Notes: a model not told the origin generated them from the sequence alone. 44,314 nucleotides of DNA from Spirogloea muscicola (GCA_009602725.1 WELB01000005.1:597615-641928), one strand, 5' to 3'; positions 9,101-22,240 are shown, numbered from the stretch's first letter. Numbers and translations: made by a program.

Positions 9101-10690
9101 TAGACTAGTATTTTTCAATCATGTCAATCATCCTCCTGTACAACATGAACAGTGAAGGAGCTACTACAAGAACTCTTAAGCACCCTTACAAACATGTTGC
9201 TATGCCAGAGTCCCGCTGTGGTGGCAAAAGCAACTGAAGAAATTGATCGCGTCATTGGTGACCGTAGGCCTACCTTGGCTGACATCAAGAACTTACAGTT
9301 AGTAACAAATCCTTGAAGTGCACAAATTCAACTCGATCAGGCCACTTGAGTTGAAATTTACAACCTGCTTGTAAGGACTACTGTCATTGATGATCCTTGA
9401 GGGAAGCATGACAACTTTGCCAGTCGTGCTTTGCAGATATATGAGGCTCATTGTGGCCGAGGCACTCCGGCTATATCCTCAGCCTCCGCTTCTAATACGA
9501 AGATCACTTCAAGCCGACAGACTTCCAGGTTGCCCACAGTCTGTGCCCATAGCTTGAGAATCAATCTCCTAAATCTGAAAACCCAAGCCTTCTTACAGTG
9601 TGCTGAAGTCCATCAAGAGAAGTGCAACTTCTGGAGTTCTGGATCAATGTCACGTCTTCAATCCCTGTTCCATTGTGCCTGCTACTTGTGATCTGTGCTC
9701 TTTGGAACAATTTGTCCGTAGCTTAACTGTGATATTAATCTCGTGATTCTGCAGGAGGTCATCTTGGAGATCCAGAAGGATACTCTATTCCGAAGGGCAC
9801 TGATATCTTCATTTCGGTAAGCAAGTACCTTGACCTCAAACATTGCGCTTTGTCAGCCTGAGGCTTACCTAGGCATGGCTCTCAGATCCCTCATGTATTT
9901 TCATCTAGGTGGCAACTAAATTTTGGGAATCCACTCTCTCATGCCTTCTTGACGACATTTTGACATTAGACCGTCTGCCTGGACTGGGCGGCAGGTGTAT
10001 AATCTACATCGCTCACCATATTTTTGGGAGGAACCAGATCGCTTCAACCCAGATAGATTCCTGGTGGACAAGTCCCCTGGCACTGTCCTGGGCTGGGAGG
10101 GGTACAGTGCATGCAGGACTCCAACTGCTCTGTACCCTAACGAAGTACGCAGTGACCTCCTTGACAACTCAGATTTCTCCTAGTGGTACCGATTGCACTA
10201 ATGGACGTGAGCTGTAGCAACTTCAAGGGCTGAGAGTCTGCTATTGATCCTTAGAACTGCTGACTGAGGCCCTGAAGTACTCCTGTCATTGCAATGTCCT
10301 TGTTTCACAACACAGATAGCCAAACAAAGCTTCACAGTCAGTAGGTCCCACATTAGCCATCTTTGCTTTGCTCCTGCACTACTCAGCAGGATTCGATTGA
10401 CCTGAAGCTGTGGTCTGCAGACAAGCTCCGACTTTGCATTCCTCCCTTTTGGAGGAGGGCCAAGGAAGTGTGTTGGGGACCAGTTTGCGCTGGTGGAGTC
10501 CACAGTTGCTTTGGCCATGCTACTGAGGCGCTACGAGATCAGCTTGCGAGGCCAGCCCGAGGACGTTCAGCTTGTCACTGGTGCAACTATTCATACGAAG
10601 GACGGCTTGTGGTGCAGGCTCCGGCAGCGCAAATTTGGGGCCAGCCATGGTGCAGAGACTGAAAAGAATCTCCTCGCTCAACCTGTGTAG
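6164..10690 (+). CDS. CYP97B: Cytochrome P450 CYP97B-type carotenoid hydroxylase-like protein, plastid-targeted (about 13 exons)
   Basis: Ala/Arg-rich transit-peptide exon 6164-6297. Then [52 protein letters not shown]-helix [22 protein letters not shown] and the heme motif [18 protein letters not shown] introns keep frame where checked. Stop at 10688-10690. Confidence 0.95.
6521..6720 (-). mobile_element. Family C LINE 3' end in CYP97B intron 1
   Basis: The minus strand encodes LLTRGY, followed by GTGGCTCCG...TGTATG...TGGC-N-ACAGCCG...CAGCAGCCGCAT. This is shared with 14613-14690 and 42228-42303. Confidence 0.6.
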
Positions 10691-11030
10691 AAGAATTTCT
10701 TCTTTTAATAGTGAAGTTCGCCGCCTGCAGCAAAGTCTTTTAGCAGCTTTTAAGCTTATCACGATTGAGCCACCACTTGCCGCTTGCAGTAATGGACTGG
10801 CAAATTGCAGATGTAGCAGGACTTTCCATAGGCGCTAAGAATAGCTGCCCATCACAAGTCTAAAATGTGGCTTGCTGGTACTGGCAAATGACACGACCAA
10901 TCGGCTTGCGCCGCTGGATCACACCCACTTAAATTGGCAACCTATCTAATAGCTATTGTAATTCCTTCTATCGGAAACTTGATGACTGGCAAATCTGACA
11001 CTATCCTTTGCGCCTAGTCCAATTAATTGG

Positions 11031-13981
11031 TTACCAGAGGCCGAGGACCTTCCACCATGCACCACCAATGCCGAGCCAGACGACAATGTTGACGACGCTA
11101 CAGATGAATCCAAACTTCCACCAATCAGCAAGGGGCACATAACCAGCGCCGTAGAAGACGGGGGCAGAGCCGATGCCATAGTGTGTCAAACCACCCATGA
11201 GGTTGGAGAAAAAGGAAAGCACAAGTGCGCCAAAGAGCGGCGGCGTGCCGAGTGCAGTGGCCACTGACAGGAAGGCTGCAAACATGGCGCCAATGTGTGC
11301 GGCGCCCGAGGCGAAGAAGTAGTGCGAGTAGAAGTACAGCAGGACTAGAAGGCCAAACGCCGGCTGCCAGGCGAGGCCGAGCCCGCCCACCACCTGCACA
11401 GGCCCCGGCACATAATACATTCTCTAGATGTCGGCTGACTTTGACAATATTGCTGTTGACCCCCTTATCCAATTTAGAATATAGCATCCCTCTGCATCCA
11501 TCTAATCTGCCAGTGCGCCCCCCTTATCTAATGTAGGATTATAGGATCCCTCAGCAACCATCTAATCTGCCAATGCTACTATACAATACTGTGACAGACA
11601 TGAGAGTACTTTGAAGGAGGCAAAGCTTGGTGAAGGTGCGCACCTTGACTACTGACTGGCTGAACCAGGCAATAAGGCCGTACTTGTTGAGGTACGAGGC
11701 CATGGCAATGAGTGCTGCGAACCACGTGAGCGTGTCCCAGGCAACCGACTCGGCGAGGCACTCCTTCCACGTCACCACGCCGGTGATCAGCAGCACTGAG
11801 AGGCCCAGGATGGCCGCCGTCACTGCGTCCACCTTAATGACGCTGCCAAAGATCCAAAGGCCCACCTGACCGCCACAACAGACCAGCGCGCTCAATGTAT
11901 TCTCAGATAAAGAGCGAGTAGAAACACATGAACGACAACAGCTCTGCTCTGAACCCACAGACACCGCAAATCATGACTGTCAGCGCTGCACATGATGGCG
12001 CATGCACGTCCTGCCAAGCTGATTGCATCTGGATAGCGCCCATACTCCTTTCCATACCACGAGGGCCTTAGAGCTCGGCCCAGAATTCATGTCACGTGAA
12101 GCGCACCGTGACGAGGAGAGTGCCGGCCATGATCTTCTCATTTTGGGTCATGGGGCCCATCTTGTCCAGATTCTCACGCGCGAGCACGGGTGCATCCGGG
12201 CTGCTCTTAATCTCCGGGGGGTAGATGGCATAGAGGATTGCCGGGATGAGCACCAGACTGATGAGACCTGGCACCAGAGCAGCTACGGCCCAATCCGTCC
12301 AGCCAATAGTGATGCCTATGGCATTAGCTGCCAGGTTGACACTCAGTGGGTTGGCGGCCATGGCGGTCAAGAACATGGCTGAGGAGATGACAGACGTCTG
12401 AAAGGACGTGAGCATGAGCCACGCGCCAAGCTTGCGCTCAGTGCCATCCCCGGCCTTGCTGCCGCATGCGATGCACAGGGCCTGCAAAGATGGACCAGGC
12501 AGTCCCAGAATCTCAGAGCTCAGGCTGATCCTTGTAAGATGCACACGGAGGTAAACTTGCCCACTTTGAGCTAAGCTTGAGCTAGCCAGGCAAGCTCCGT
12601 GCATGGGCTTGTGGTAACGCGTGCAACAAGCTCAGGTTGTGAGATGGGCTCTACTGAGAGGCCTCTGAGATGTGTATCAGAGTACCTTCACAAGCGGCAG
12701 GAAGATGCCGCCAGCCCGGGCGGAGACGGACGGAATGGCCGGCGCAAGCAGCGCCTCGCTGAACACCAGGCTGTAGCCCAGGCCAAGGCTTGAGCCTCCG
12801 AAGAGCGACACAAACTGCAGGAGAAGGCCACAAAGCACTGTAACGCTGAGGCAAGACCTGGAGCAAACATGCAAAGCGACGAGAGGGCTGACTGCAATGA
12901 GGGCATGGAGGTCGGTTTGCTGTACACTGCCACTGACGAGCATACTTCTATATTTTGATAACTACTCTTTGTGACACTAATCGATGTATGATGAGTCACT
13001 ATCAACCAATAACTGGCATTCATTCAAAGTAAGCCGCTTTCCAGGAATGGCAGGAGCGCAGGTTGGACGTAAGAGGTCAGTCAAAGCAGCTGCCTTTGGG
13101 GCACCTGGTAGGCCACGCGGTTGCCGAGGCCGGTCTTGATGAAGCCCTTGGCGAAGAAGAAGGCGAGGGCAATGAGCCACGGGATGGGGTCGCCGAAGGC
13201 GCTGAACGCGGCGGCAAAGGTCAGCGTCCGCGTGAGCACCGTGGCGCCCAGGCCCATGATGGCCACGGCGCCGAGCGGCAGCGGGCCTGCACGCCGCGCC
13301 ACTCGGACAGGGCTGCTGTCAGCTCCGACCATCTTGAAGCAGCCGGCGGTGAGCCGTCGGCGGGCCTCAGGCAGAGACGCCAGAGCCCCTAGCGATCGCT
13401 TGTCGATCACGTCGCCAAGGCCCTGAGAGTTGCAGGCTTTGGGTCTCGGCGGCCGGCGAGACAATGACGCGAGTGGGTCTCGTCGTCAATGCCTCAACCA
13501 GCCGAGGCACGCTGGCAGCCGCGATGGCCGCCATCTGCGACGGGCTGCGCTATCTAGCACTCAGTCGACGCTTACAACGCTCCCAGAGCCAGGACCGCAG
13601 CACCGACGACGTGACAGTGGGAGAATGAGGAGGCGGAGAAGCCGAGCCCGTGTACGATGTCGCCATAGCTGGCCTTCATGTGAGCACCGCCGTCTCGCCA
13701 GCGACCTGGCTCGACAGGAGCTGCGCAGACAGTGGCAGCGGCAGCGGCGGCGGAGGCTCACCGGTGATGATGCCGACGATGGTGGCGAGGAAAATGGCGA
13801 GGAGCTGCCAGGCGTTGCGCGCCACGCCCGCGGGCGGCGGGATGAGCCACAGCAGGACGCCCGTCGCCAGCGTCGCCGCCAGCGGTTTCGCCGCAGCGCC
13901 CTCCCACTTGGCTGGCGGCTTTGCTGCTGCCGCCGCGCCCGAGCCGCCGCCGCCAACCGGTACGGCGGCGCCGCCGGCGGC
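11031..13981 (-). CDS. DiT1: Plastid 2-oxoglutarate/malate translocator (DASS family), 5' end not visible
   Basis: Exons give WEGAAAKPL...NAWQLLAIFLATIVGIIT, PLPLGAVA...PWLIALAFFFAKGFIKTGLGNRVAY, LAPAIPSVSARAGGIFLP, SSAMFLTAMAANPL, AWDTLTWFAALIAMA, YFYSHYFFASGAAHIGAMF and THYGIGSAP...WWKVLGLW stop. The frame runs into a single n at 13982. Confidence 0.95.
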
Positions 13982-13982
13982 N

Positions 13983-14695
13983 CTGCCGAGCGCTTTAGGC
14001 ACCCCCGTCACTTGGCCCCTTCGAACCTTTGTCAATTCATTTCGGGCTGGCTTTTCACAGCCCTTGCCCCCATTGGGAGAGCCACTTCTTCTTTCAGGCC
14101 TTGTACAAAGCTTTGGGCTGGCCTCTCTCAGCCATTGCCTTGTATTGGAAGAGCAATTTGTTTGGGCTGACCTCGTTTTCTATGGGCGGGCAATTTCTTT
14201 CTCACAGCCTCTTACAGCGTTGTTTCTTGTTACAGCCATTGCCTTACATCAAGAAGTGAGCTCTTCCAGCTCTTCTTGTGCTTGGTGTTCTTAGTGCTTC
14301 CCCTGGCTCCTTCTCGTCCTTTGTTCATTCTTCTTTGGGCTGGCTTTTTCGAGCCCCTATCCTCATGGGCGAGCCCTTCTTCTTCCGAAAGGGGGCGGGG
14401 GCGGTGAATTGCCAGCCCAGAAAGAATGGACAAGGTCCAAACAGCGCCAAAACCAGACAGCTATGCAAGAGACTACAGCAAAGGGGAGCTTAGTAACCCC
14501 GAGTCAGCAGCCGCATTGGCAGAGCTGTTTCCTTCCTGACTGAAAGGGCGGGCAAAAGCCCGCCAATACAGGTCGTGGAAGAAGCTAGTGCAATGCATTA
14601 CTCTTCCCAGAAATGGATGCGGCTGCTGCTAGTAAAAGACCGGCTGTAAGAGGCCACCCAGATGCATACAGGTGTTCATGACGGAGCCACCAGGC
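13983..14695. mobile_element. Nest of LINE 3' ends in both orientations (families A, B-like, C)
   Basis: Family A 3' UTR at 14011-14093 (+), with further hairpin variants at ~14115, ~14163 and ~14336 (+). A minus-strand copy ends MRLLTRGY stop at ~14490 with its UTR to ~14385. A family C end lies at 14613-14690 (-). Confidence 0.75.
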
Positions 14696-14872
14696 AGTAA
14701 GGGGCGATAGCTGTGATGGCTGTGACCTCTTCCATAGAACGACAACGGCCAAGCCCGACGGCCGACCTGAACGGGACGCCCCACTCTCTATACCTCAAGG
14801 AGTGCTCGTCCCAGTCGCGACGGGGGCTGCGTAGGTTGCCCCACTCGGCACTCCGCTGCGTGGCGAAGGAGG

Positions 14873-14913
<41 letters not shown>
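14873..14913. repeat. (GCC)n microsatellite
   Basis: About 13 perfect GCC units read directly. Confidence 0.9.
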
Positions 14914-15084
14914 TGCCTGTGACCGCCGCTAGGGGACGGCCTTTCCTGCTGGGGCGGCGACGGCAGCGACAGCGCCGATCTGGGCTCCCGCGAATTGAGT
15001 CAGAAGCTCAGCTGACACCATCGCCGTCAACTCTCCGCCACCGCTGCCGCTGCCGCTGCCGCTCTCGCTCCGCCGCTGTGCCAG

Positions 15085-16246
15085 ATGCGCAGGACCCCAA
15101 CAAGGACATCCGCCTGTTCGTCAATTCGCCCGGCGGTAACATCAGGTCCGCGAGCTCCCCCGCCCGCTGCTTCGCGGCTGTGCTGATCCAAATTGTGGGC
15201 CGCATGGCAGCTGAAATCCGTGTTCACGCGCATCCGTTGGCCGCCTGCACTGATGGCTCTGCAGCTGCCGTCTGTCTGATGTCTGCCGCTGCGGCGGGTG
15301 GGTTATGGCAGCTCGGCGATGGCCATCTACGATGCCATGCAGATGTGCCGTGCGGACGTGTCGACCATCGCCTTTGGGCTGGCGGCATCCACCGCGTCCA
15401 TCGTCCTCGCCGGCGGCTCCAAGGGCAAGCGCTTGGCGATGCCCAACGCAAGGATCATGGTGCACCAGGTATGCAGCCAGCGGCCCGTCGCTGGACAAGC
15501 TCAGCCCACTGCACTCGGCCGCTGTTCGCGTGCTGCCTGGTGTCGGCTGCTGACGCCCGCCAGTGGTCTTTGTGATGGGGCTGGCAGCCGCTGGGCGGGG
15601 CGAGCGGCCAGGCTATCGACGTAGAGATCCAGGCCAAGGAGATCATGTACCACCGCAGCAACGTGATCCGGATCCTGTCTGAAGTCACCGGGCGGCCCGC
15701 GGCGCAGGTGCGCAAGAGCTCCTCAGTCATGCGACCCCTCACCTTTCAATGATGTTGTAGCTCCTTCAGCATCAGACCGGCTGGAACCCTGAATCAGGAC
15801 GAAGCCTCACAATTGTGGACAAGCAATCCAGATGTTATGGTACTATTGTGTGACATTTTACCTGCAATACTGGTGAATGCTGGCGCGCACAGGCTGAGCA
15901 TCTGTGCATTTCCGACCATCTCCACAAGCAGCATGTGCCCCTGCTATACGAGGAAAACAGAGCAGATGTGCCCTTAGTTACGTTAAAGATCTATTCCTCA
16001 CGTCCTTGAGATAAGATGCTATTCCGTCTCATGCAGGTGGAGAAGGACATCGACAGGGACCGATACATGTCACCAATGGAGGCGGTGGAGTATGGCCTGA
16101 TTGACAATGTCATCGATGAATCGACCATGATTCCAGTAGTGCCCATTCCGCCCGGCCGGATAAAGCCCAAGAGCGACCTGCTCGAGGCTGAGAAGGACCC
16201 ACGCAAGTTCCTCACACCCATTATTCCTGACGACGAGATATATTGA
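15085..16246 (+). CDS. CLPP4: Plastid Clp protease proteolytic subunit 4, 5' exon(s) not visible
   Basis: Spliced product: [50 protein letters not shown] (catalytic Ser)...[24 protein letters not shown]...|[23 protein letters not shown]...[13 protein letters not shown] stop. The IPDDEIY end is characteristic of plant ClpP4. Confidence 0.9.
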
Positions 16247-16793
16247 TGCTATATCACTAATTCACATTCTGTACAAGTACTTCGTACTACGCTTCAACTG
16301 GTCGCAAGTGTGAGCTGGTGCTAGCTTGTGCTCAACAGGCACATCTAGTACGCAGTTTCCTTCAGGTGTCCGCCACAAGGATCTTGCTTTGCATCACATT
16401 GCCCTGCTTATACATGTGCATGCAATAACTTGCCCAGCAAGGATACTTGCCTTATCGGCCGTGAAAATACAGCAGTAAACAGTGCACAAGTAATGATGTC
16501 CTTCCACTTAAAGTGATCCTCATGTGAATAAAACTTCTTCGTACACCAATTTTTGCTGTTTTTGGAAATCCCAGAAAATTAAGTGTCCTTCCCTACCCGT
16601 CACATTATATACACAGTTCCTGACTCTATCTGCACCACAACGCAATCGCAAATGGCCCCTGCAAACCCCGTTGCCTCTCTTACAAGCTTGCAACCGTGTC
16701 TCTACCTCGGTGTGACCTCCCCTGCGAGCTGGGCTCAGACCTGGTCCCACTTGGGCAGGTGTCAAGTATTATGTCCGGGACTTCATGAGTGCC

Positions 16794-19178
16794 TCAAGCA
16801 CAGCATGTCGAAGGTCTCCTTGGCAATCGACTGGAAGTGCGGTCATTGAGAACCATGCCCGTCGGCTGCTGAGCTGGTTGCACCTTCGGCAACTTTCGAG
16901 CTGCATAAACGACAAAAGCCATCAACCTCTGTGCATGGCAGGCCACGCAAGTGAGAAGCTTCATCATCTTTGATGTACGTCATTGTCAATAGTACATGAT
17001 GCGTACCAATTTCGTAGAACAACTCATTCACGTTCTCCGCCGACTTTGCAGAAGTCTCCATGAAGAAAAGCCCATGCTCTTCGGCATACCCCTGTGCCTC
17101 CTGCACAACAAGGCCGACAATCACAGTTGTACATTGACATCAATCAATTGTATGTCATAGTTTGAGGTCAGAGGTGCTCCAAGGCCCACAATGATGGTGG
17201 CATCTTCTAGAGGTTTCCTGATAATTTAGCATTGTAACGCTGTTGTCTTCCACAGAAGACGAGACTCATCAGAGGAGAAAGTCCAATTGTCCACGTACAA
17301 AAACAAAGCCCAAATTGCGAGGACATGCAACAGATGTGTACTATCAACAGTACTCCGGCCTGAGCCAAGGGCCTTACCTCAGCAGTAACTTTTCTCGCAT
17401 TATCGAGATCAGCTTTGTTGCCAGCCAAGGCCATCACCAAGTTAGGGTTTCCTGAGAAGGCAAACGAGGTGTAGGCAACATCAGCCATCAAGCACCAGGC
17501 ATGAGAACTTGGACACACAACTGCAACAAATGGATCAGCCCAATGCAAAAGCGTGGCAAATCAGTCAGCAGCTGATACGAGGGTTCCTATGCAGCCCACA
17601 ATCATAGGCAGATTGTGCCTATCAACAATTCAAGTTTCTTGTCAAAAGTACAGATACTGATCCAGCTTGAAGGGGCTTTCAGTTCTAAAATGAGTTGACT
17701 CCATGTGTCAGAGTAATTGGGAGTTCTTCCCGGCAGAAGATTTGCAGCCGAGGACAACTTACAACAGCTGTCAGTAAGGACACAGACCAACCTTGCTTCT
17801 GAAGCTCCTGCACCCACTTCTTTGCTCGTGCAAAAGAGTCCTGCACATGGATTCCCAAAAACATCCAAATATCAGGCTGCTGACTCTGCCAATGATAATA
17901 CTAGTAATGATTGGCCAAAGTCCATAAGTGCATTGCCACTACAGCGGCTGACTTTTGACAGCTTTCATCAAAATTCTCTCAATTGCCATCAGAGTGATGC
18001 CAGCCCATCCTGCCATTACCCGCACAGCGGGGAAAGGGGTGTTGACCCAAGAATGCCCATCTTGCCAAACATCAGCCGAACAGCGGGAGCAGGGGTATTG
18101 ACCTAAGAAGCTATGCTCAGAGCCCCTCATGCTGATCATGTCTAGGTGGGTGAATGATGCACTAACAATTGGGCACGTCCCAGCCCAGCAGAGCGATTCC
18201 AATGCCAAGGAGTGGGAGGGAGGCCATCGCTCACGGTGTTAGTGATATCGTAGACGATGACAGCGGCAGCCGCGCCACGGTAGTACATGGGGGCCAGGCT
18301 GTGGTACCGCTCCTGCCCGGCCGTGTCCCAGATCTCGAATTTGACGGTGGTGTCATTAACCGCCACGGACTGCGTCAGAAATGCAGCGCCAATCGTGGAT
18401 TCCTGCAGAGCCGGAGTTCGAGTTGCTGGTCAGGCACACCCACAGGCTGGGAGCCGCACCAAGCGCTAGCAGCAGCTCGCGGGTGGCGCTGAAAGCTCTG
18501 AGGGCGATGAAGCGTGCAAGCCAGTGCGCCGTGCGCAGCTGAGCAGCAAGGTCAAAACCAGAGCGCTTGTGAGGAGCCCGTCCTGGACATAAGCAACGGC
18601 ATGCCCCTATTCTGACACCGCCGGTGGTATTCCAACGAGCGCCTTGAAGGCAAAGACAGCGAGTTGGCCTGTGGGCAGGGCCCGCTGCGCCGGGGCTACG
18701 ACGACCGCGCCGGCCTTGTTCCACTCATGGCTGAGGGTGGCCGGGTCCATGGGCTCCAGCGGCATTGCTGGCCCTGCCGCCGTGTGCCGGCTCGCCTGTT
18801 GCCGGTGCTAGACGGAGACACGGCGACGCGGCAAGCCGAGCGCTTCGCCGACGGCGGCGGCGGCGGGAGAGGCGGGTGAGACGGAAAGGATTGAGAGCGG
18901 GAGTGCGGCCGCGGGCGAACCTGATACTCCGAGAACTGGCCCTTGACGAAGCGAAGGACGAGGCTGGACTTGCCCGCGCCCATGTCGCCGAGGAGGACCT
19001 GCGTCAGTCGCGGCGGCGGCGGCGGCGACCAGGGCTGCCGCATGTGAGGGACTGGCGACGGGGCAGGGCGCATCCCGGCGACCGGCAGCCGGAGGGCGGC
19101 GACGGCACGGCGGCCGGCGACGGCGGCGCTCACCAGCTTCGCCTGCAGCGCGGCTCCCGCGGCGCCCGCGGCGGCCAT
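16794..19178 (-). CDS. RABF2: Rab5-family GTPase (RabF2/ARA7-type), 7 exons
   Basis: [27 protein letters not shown]...|ESTIGAAF...[51 protein letters not shown]|...ETSAK...|...PSTCCA stop. All G motifs and a C-terminal CC prenylation site are present. Confidence 0.95.
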
Positions 19179-19284
19179 GGCGGGCGGAAGTGGCGGCGGC
19201 GGCGGCGGCGGCGGGGGGCTAGTGGGCAACGACGGGGAAAGTCAGTGGTGGCTTGGGAATGTAGTGGAATGCGGGGGGGTCCGT

Positions 19285-19480
19285 AAGAAGAAGAGCTGGC
19301 CCATAGAGAAGAGGGGCTGGCAAAGCCAACCCAAAAAGAACTGGACAGTGTCCACAGAAAACGGAAGAAGTGCCGAAAAGGGGACTAACCGCAAGAGCGC
19401 GAGACGGTGCAGACGGGAGATGCAGATGGATGCAAACGCGACGACCGTAACGACCGGCTCGAAAGGCGAAACGGTTGGTC
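19285..19480 (-). mobile_element. Family B LINE 3' end about 110 bp upstream of the RabF2 start codon
   Basis: The reverse complement reads TGGACACTGTCCAGTTCTTTTTGGGTTGGCTTTGCCAGCCCCTCTTCTCTATGGGCCAGCTCTTCTTC, matching 431-500. Confidence 0.8.
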
Positions 19481-19541
19481 CCGCGTCGGCCTGACGGTCG
19501 GGCGCCGTCTCGCGCCCCCAATGTTGGCAGGGGGGGGGGGG

Positions 19542-20139
19542 NNNNNNNNNNNNNNNNNNNNNNNNNNNNNNNNNNNNNNNNNNNNNNNNNNNNNNNNNNN
19601 NNNNNNNNNNNNNNNNNNNNNNNNNNNNNNNNNNNNNNNNNNNNNNNNNNNNNNNNNNNNNNNNNNNNNNNNNNNNNNNNNNNNNNNNNNNNNNNNNNNN
19701 NNNNNNNNNNNNNNNNNNNNNNNNNNNNNNNNNNNNNNNNNNNNNNNNNNNNNNNNNNNNNNNNNNNNNNNNNNNNNNNNNNNNNNNNNNNNNNNNNNNN
19801 NNNNNNNNNNNNNNNNNNNNNNNNNNNNNNNNNNNNNNNNNNNNNNNNNNNNNNNNNNNNNNNNNNNNNNNNNNNNNNNNNNNNNNNNNNNNNNNNNNNN
19901 NNNNNNNNNNNNNNNNNNNNNNNNNNNNNNNNNNNNNNNNNNNNNNNNNNNNNNNNNNNNNNNNNNNNNNNNNNNNNNNNNNNNNNNNNNNNNNNNNNNN
20001 NNNNNNNNNNNNNNNNNNNNNNNNNNNNNNNNNNNNNNNNNNNNNNNNNNNNNNNNNNNNNNNNNNNNNNNNNNNNNNNNNNNNNNNNNNNNNNNNNNNN
20101 NNNNNNNNNNNNNNNNNNNNNNNNNNNNNNNNNNNNNNN
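19542..20139. other. Assembly gap
   Basis: Run of N between two GC-rich gene starts. Confidence 1.
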
Positions 20140-21760
20140 CGGCGGCGCCGCCGCGGCAGGCCTGCAGCTCCTCGGCAACGCCTGCGGCGGCGGGAGCGCC
20201 CACCGGGAGGCGGTCTGGGCGAGGTGCCTCCCCGCAACCTTCCCCGAGCTCGCAGGTGCCTCCACCGCCGGCGCTGCCGCCGCCGTCGCCGCTGCCGCCT
20301 GCTCCTGGCTCTGCCGATGAGCAGAGCCACTTTCTCCAGAAGGCTGTCTGACACCTTACTGCACCCTTTGACGCTCGCGCCGTCTCGCCAGCCGTCTCGC
20401 CATCGCTGCTGGCTGACGCCGGCCTCCGCGCCGACGCCCTGCACGAGCCCCTCTCCATGGTCCTCTACATCTGCTGCCGCCAGAGCGGCGACCGCTGCAA
20501 GGAGCTCTGCCGTGCCCCGGGCGCGCGCTGCCTCGCTGCCCTCCTCAGCGGCGCTGGCAAGGAGAGCGGTAAAGGCTCGAGCTCGCACCACCGACATTGC
20601 GTGCCCGAGCGCCGGCTCTTGGCATTGGCGCTGACGGCCTTTTGTGACCATCGGTCGCTTCTGCAGACTCCGGCGGTGCCGAAACGTGGCTTCAGCTGCT
20701 GGTGGGCGCCCTCTGCCTCCAGCGGCCGCTGCTCAGCGACCTCATCGCCGGCCTAGCGACGCAGGCAGCGGCAAACGCAGCAGCGGGCACCACTGGCTAC
20801 GAGCATCTTGTAACCGTGCCTGTGATGACCAAGGAGCAGGCCAGCTTGTTGACGATCCTCGCCAACCTCGTCGATGAGAAGAGTCATCGGAACGAGGCTG
20901 CGCTGCCCCCAAGCTTTGGCAGCGAGCAAGCGGTTGCGATCGCCACAGACTGTGGGCGCCCGGCAGCCGACTGGGTCGGCCCTCGGCAGCTCCTGCCCGA
21001 CATTGCCGACCTCTTTGCCCAGGCCGCCGCGGCTGTCGCGGAGCGTCAGCAACGCGGCGGCAGCACGCCATCCTCGACCAGTGCAACGAACGCTGGACCG
21101 CCAGCCCCGCCGATGGCAACTGTGATTGGCGGTAGAGCGAGGTGCTCAGATCTGGGCGGCCTGAAAGTTGGTGGAGCTGATCCTGCTGCGGCTGTTCTTG
21201 CCTGTTCCCTGCAGCTGCTCCGGTCACTGACCGCTGGTGCAGCGGCCTCCAGTGATGCTACCGAGGTGCTCGGCAGTGTCCTCAATCGAGTACTTGATGC
21301 GCTCGAGGCACTTCCCCAACCTCTCCCGGCAAAGCTCCAAGCCACACAAGCACGTGGAGGCATGGCAGAGGCCCCGATGGAGCGTATAGCAAATGCTGGC
21401 TCCGCATTGTCCAGTTACCCGATCGTGGAGCCGTATTCCGGCTACCGCACGGGGCTCGTAGCAGTCATTTGCAATGCCGTCTACCGTCGCCCTTCGTGCC
21501 AGGACGAGGTGCGGCGGCGGGGCAAGCTGCTGCTTGTGCTGCAGCAGTGCGTCGTGGACGACCGTAATCCCTGGCTCCGTGAGTGGGGCCTCTTTGCCAT
21601 GCGCAACCTGCTGGAAGGCAGCGAGGCAAACGCGTGCGAGGTCTCAGCACTCACCTTCCAGGGCGTCGCTGACAATCCGCAGCTGCGGGAGCTGGGGTGG
21701 GAAGTCCAGCTTGAGCCTGCCACAGGGAAGCTGCGCCTGGTCCGCGCCAGCTCATCATAG
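20140..21760 (+). CDS. ATXN10: Ataxin-10-like armadillo-repeat protein, 5' end in gap
   Basis: Exons give GLQLLGNACGGGSAHREAVW, HEPLSMVLYICC and WLQLLVGALCL. The C-terminal ataxin-10 domain reads YSGYRTGLVAVICNAVYRRPSCQDEVR...LQQCVVDDRNPWLREWGLFAMRNLLEGSEAN. Confidence 0.85.
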
Positions 21761-21989
21761 AGCCATGGCCCTGCCTTCGAGGCACTCGGCAGCTGCTTCA
21801 CCTGGACAGATTGAGCTCAGCAAAGCATGGCTGTGCCTGAGCATTAGAAGATCAATCTGACTTGCACTCCCTGTGCTGCCGCCTCGGGATATTGGTCGGG
21901 GGACCTGCTGGCGGGCTTTCATCGAAGCATTGGCCCACAAACACGGGCTGAAGGCCACGGCCGCTGCATGCCTTGGCGTCCTTCATACC

Positions 21990-22240
21990 CACTTTGCTGA
22001 CTTCTCGCTTTTTGGCCCCTTCGGACCTTGTCAAGTTCTTTTTTCTTTCTTCACAGCCCTCGCCCCCTACGGAAGAGCTCACGTCTACTTTCTCTGACCT
22101 GCGGCTGCTCAACTGGCTAATTGAGCAGCCAGTGGCCAGTTGAGTCGCTGTTTGCTTTAACGCTTGTCTTCGAAATTCGTTCATCCTTTTTCTGGGCTGG
22201 CCAATCACGGCCATCGCCCTCTTCTGGAAGAGATTATCTT
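21990..22240 (+). mobile_element. Two decayed LINE 3'-UTR remnants
   Basis: TTGGCCCCTTCGGACCTTGTCA...CACAGCCC at ~22012 and TGGGCTGGCCAATCACGGCCA at ~22193. Confidence 0.6.

Noticed and set aside
14044..14063. GGCTTTTCACAGCC as a histone mRNA stem-loop
   Set aside because: It is two bases shorter than the 16-nt consensus, no histone gene is adjacent, and it is part of the LINE 3' UTR.
6164..16246. Functional cluster of plastid genes (CYP97B, DiT1, ClpP4)
   Set aside because: The pathways are unrelated, and adjacency of three plastid-targeted genes is plausible by chance.
19219..20651. Long ORFs spanning N runs (also 28256-29485 and 31829-33491)
   Set aside because: They are open only because N codons contain no stops.
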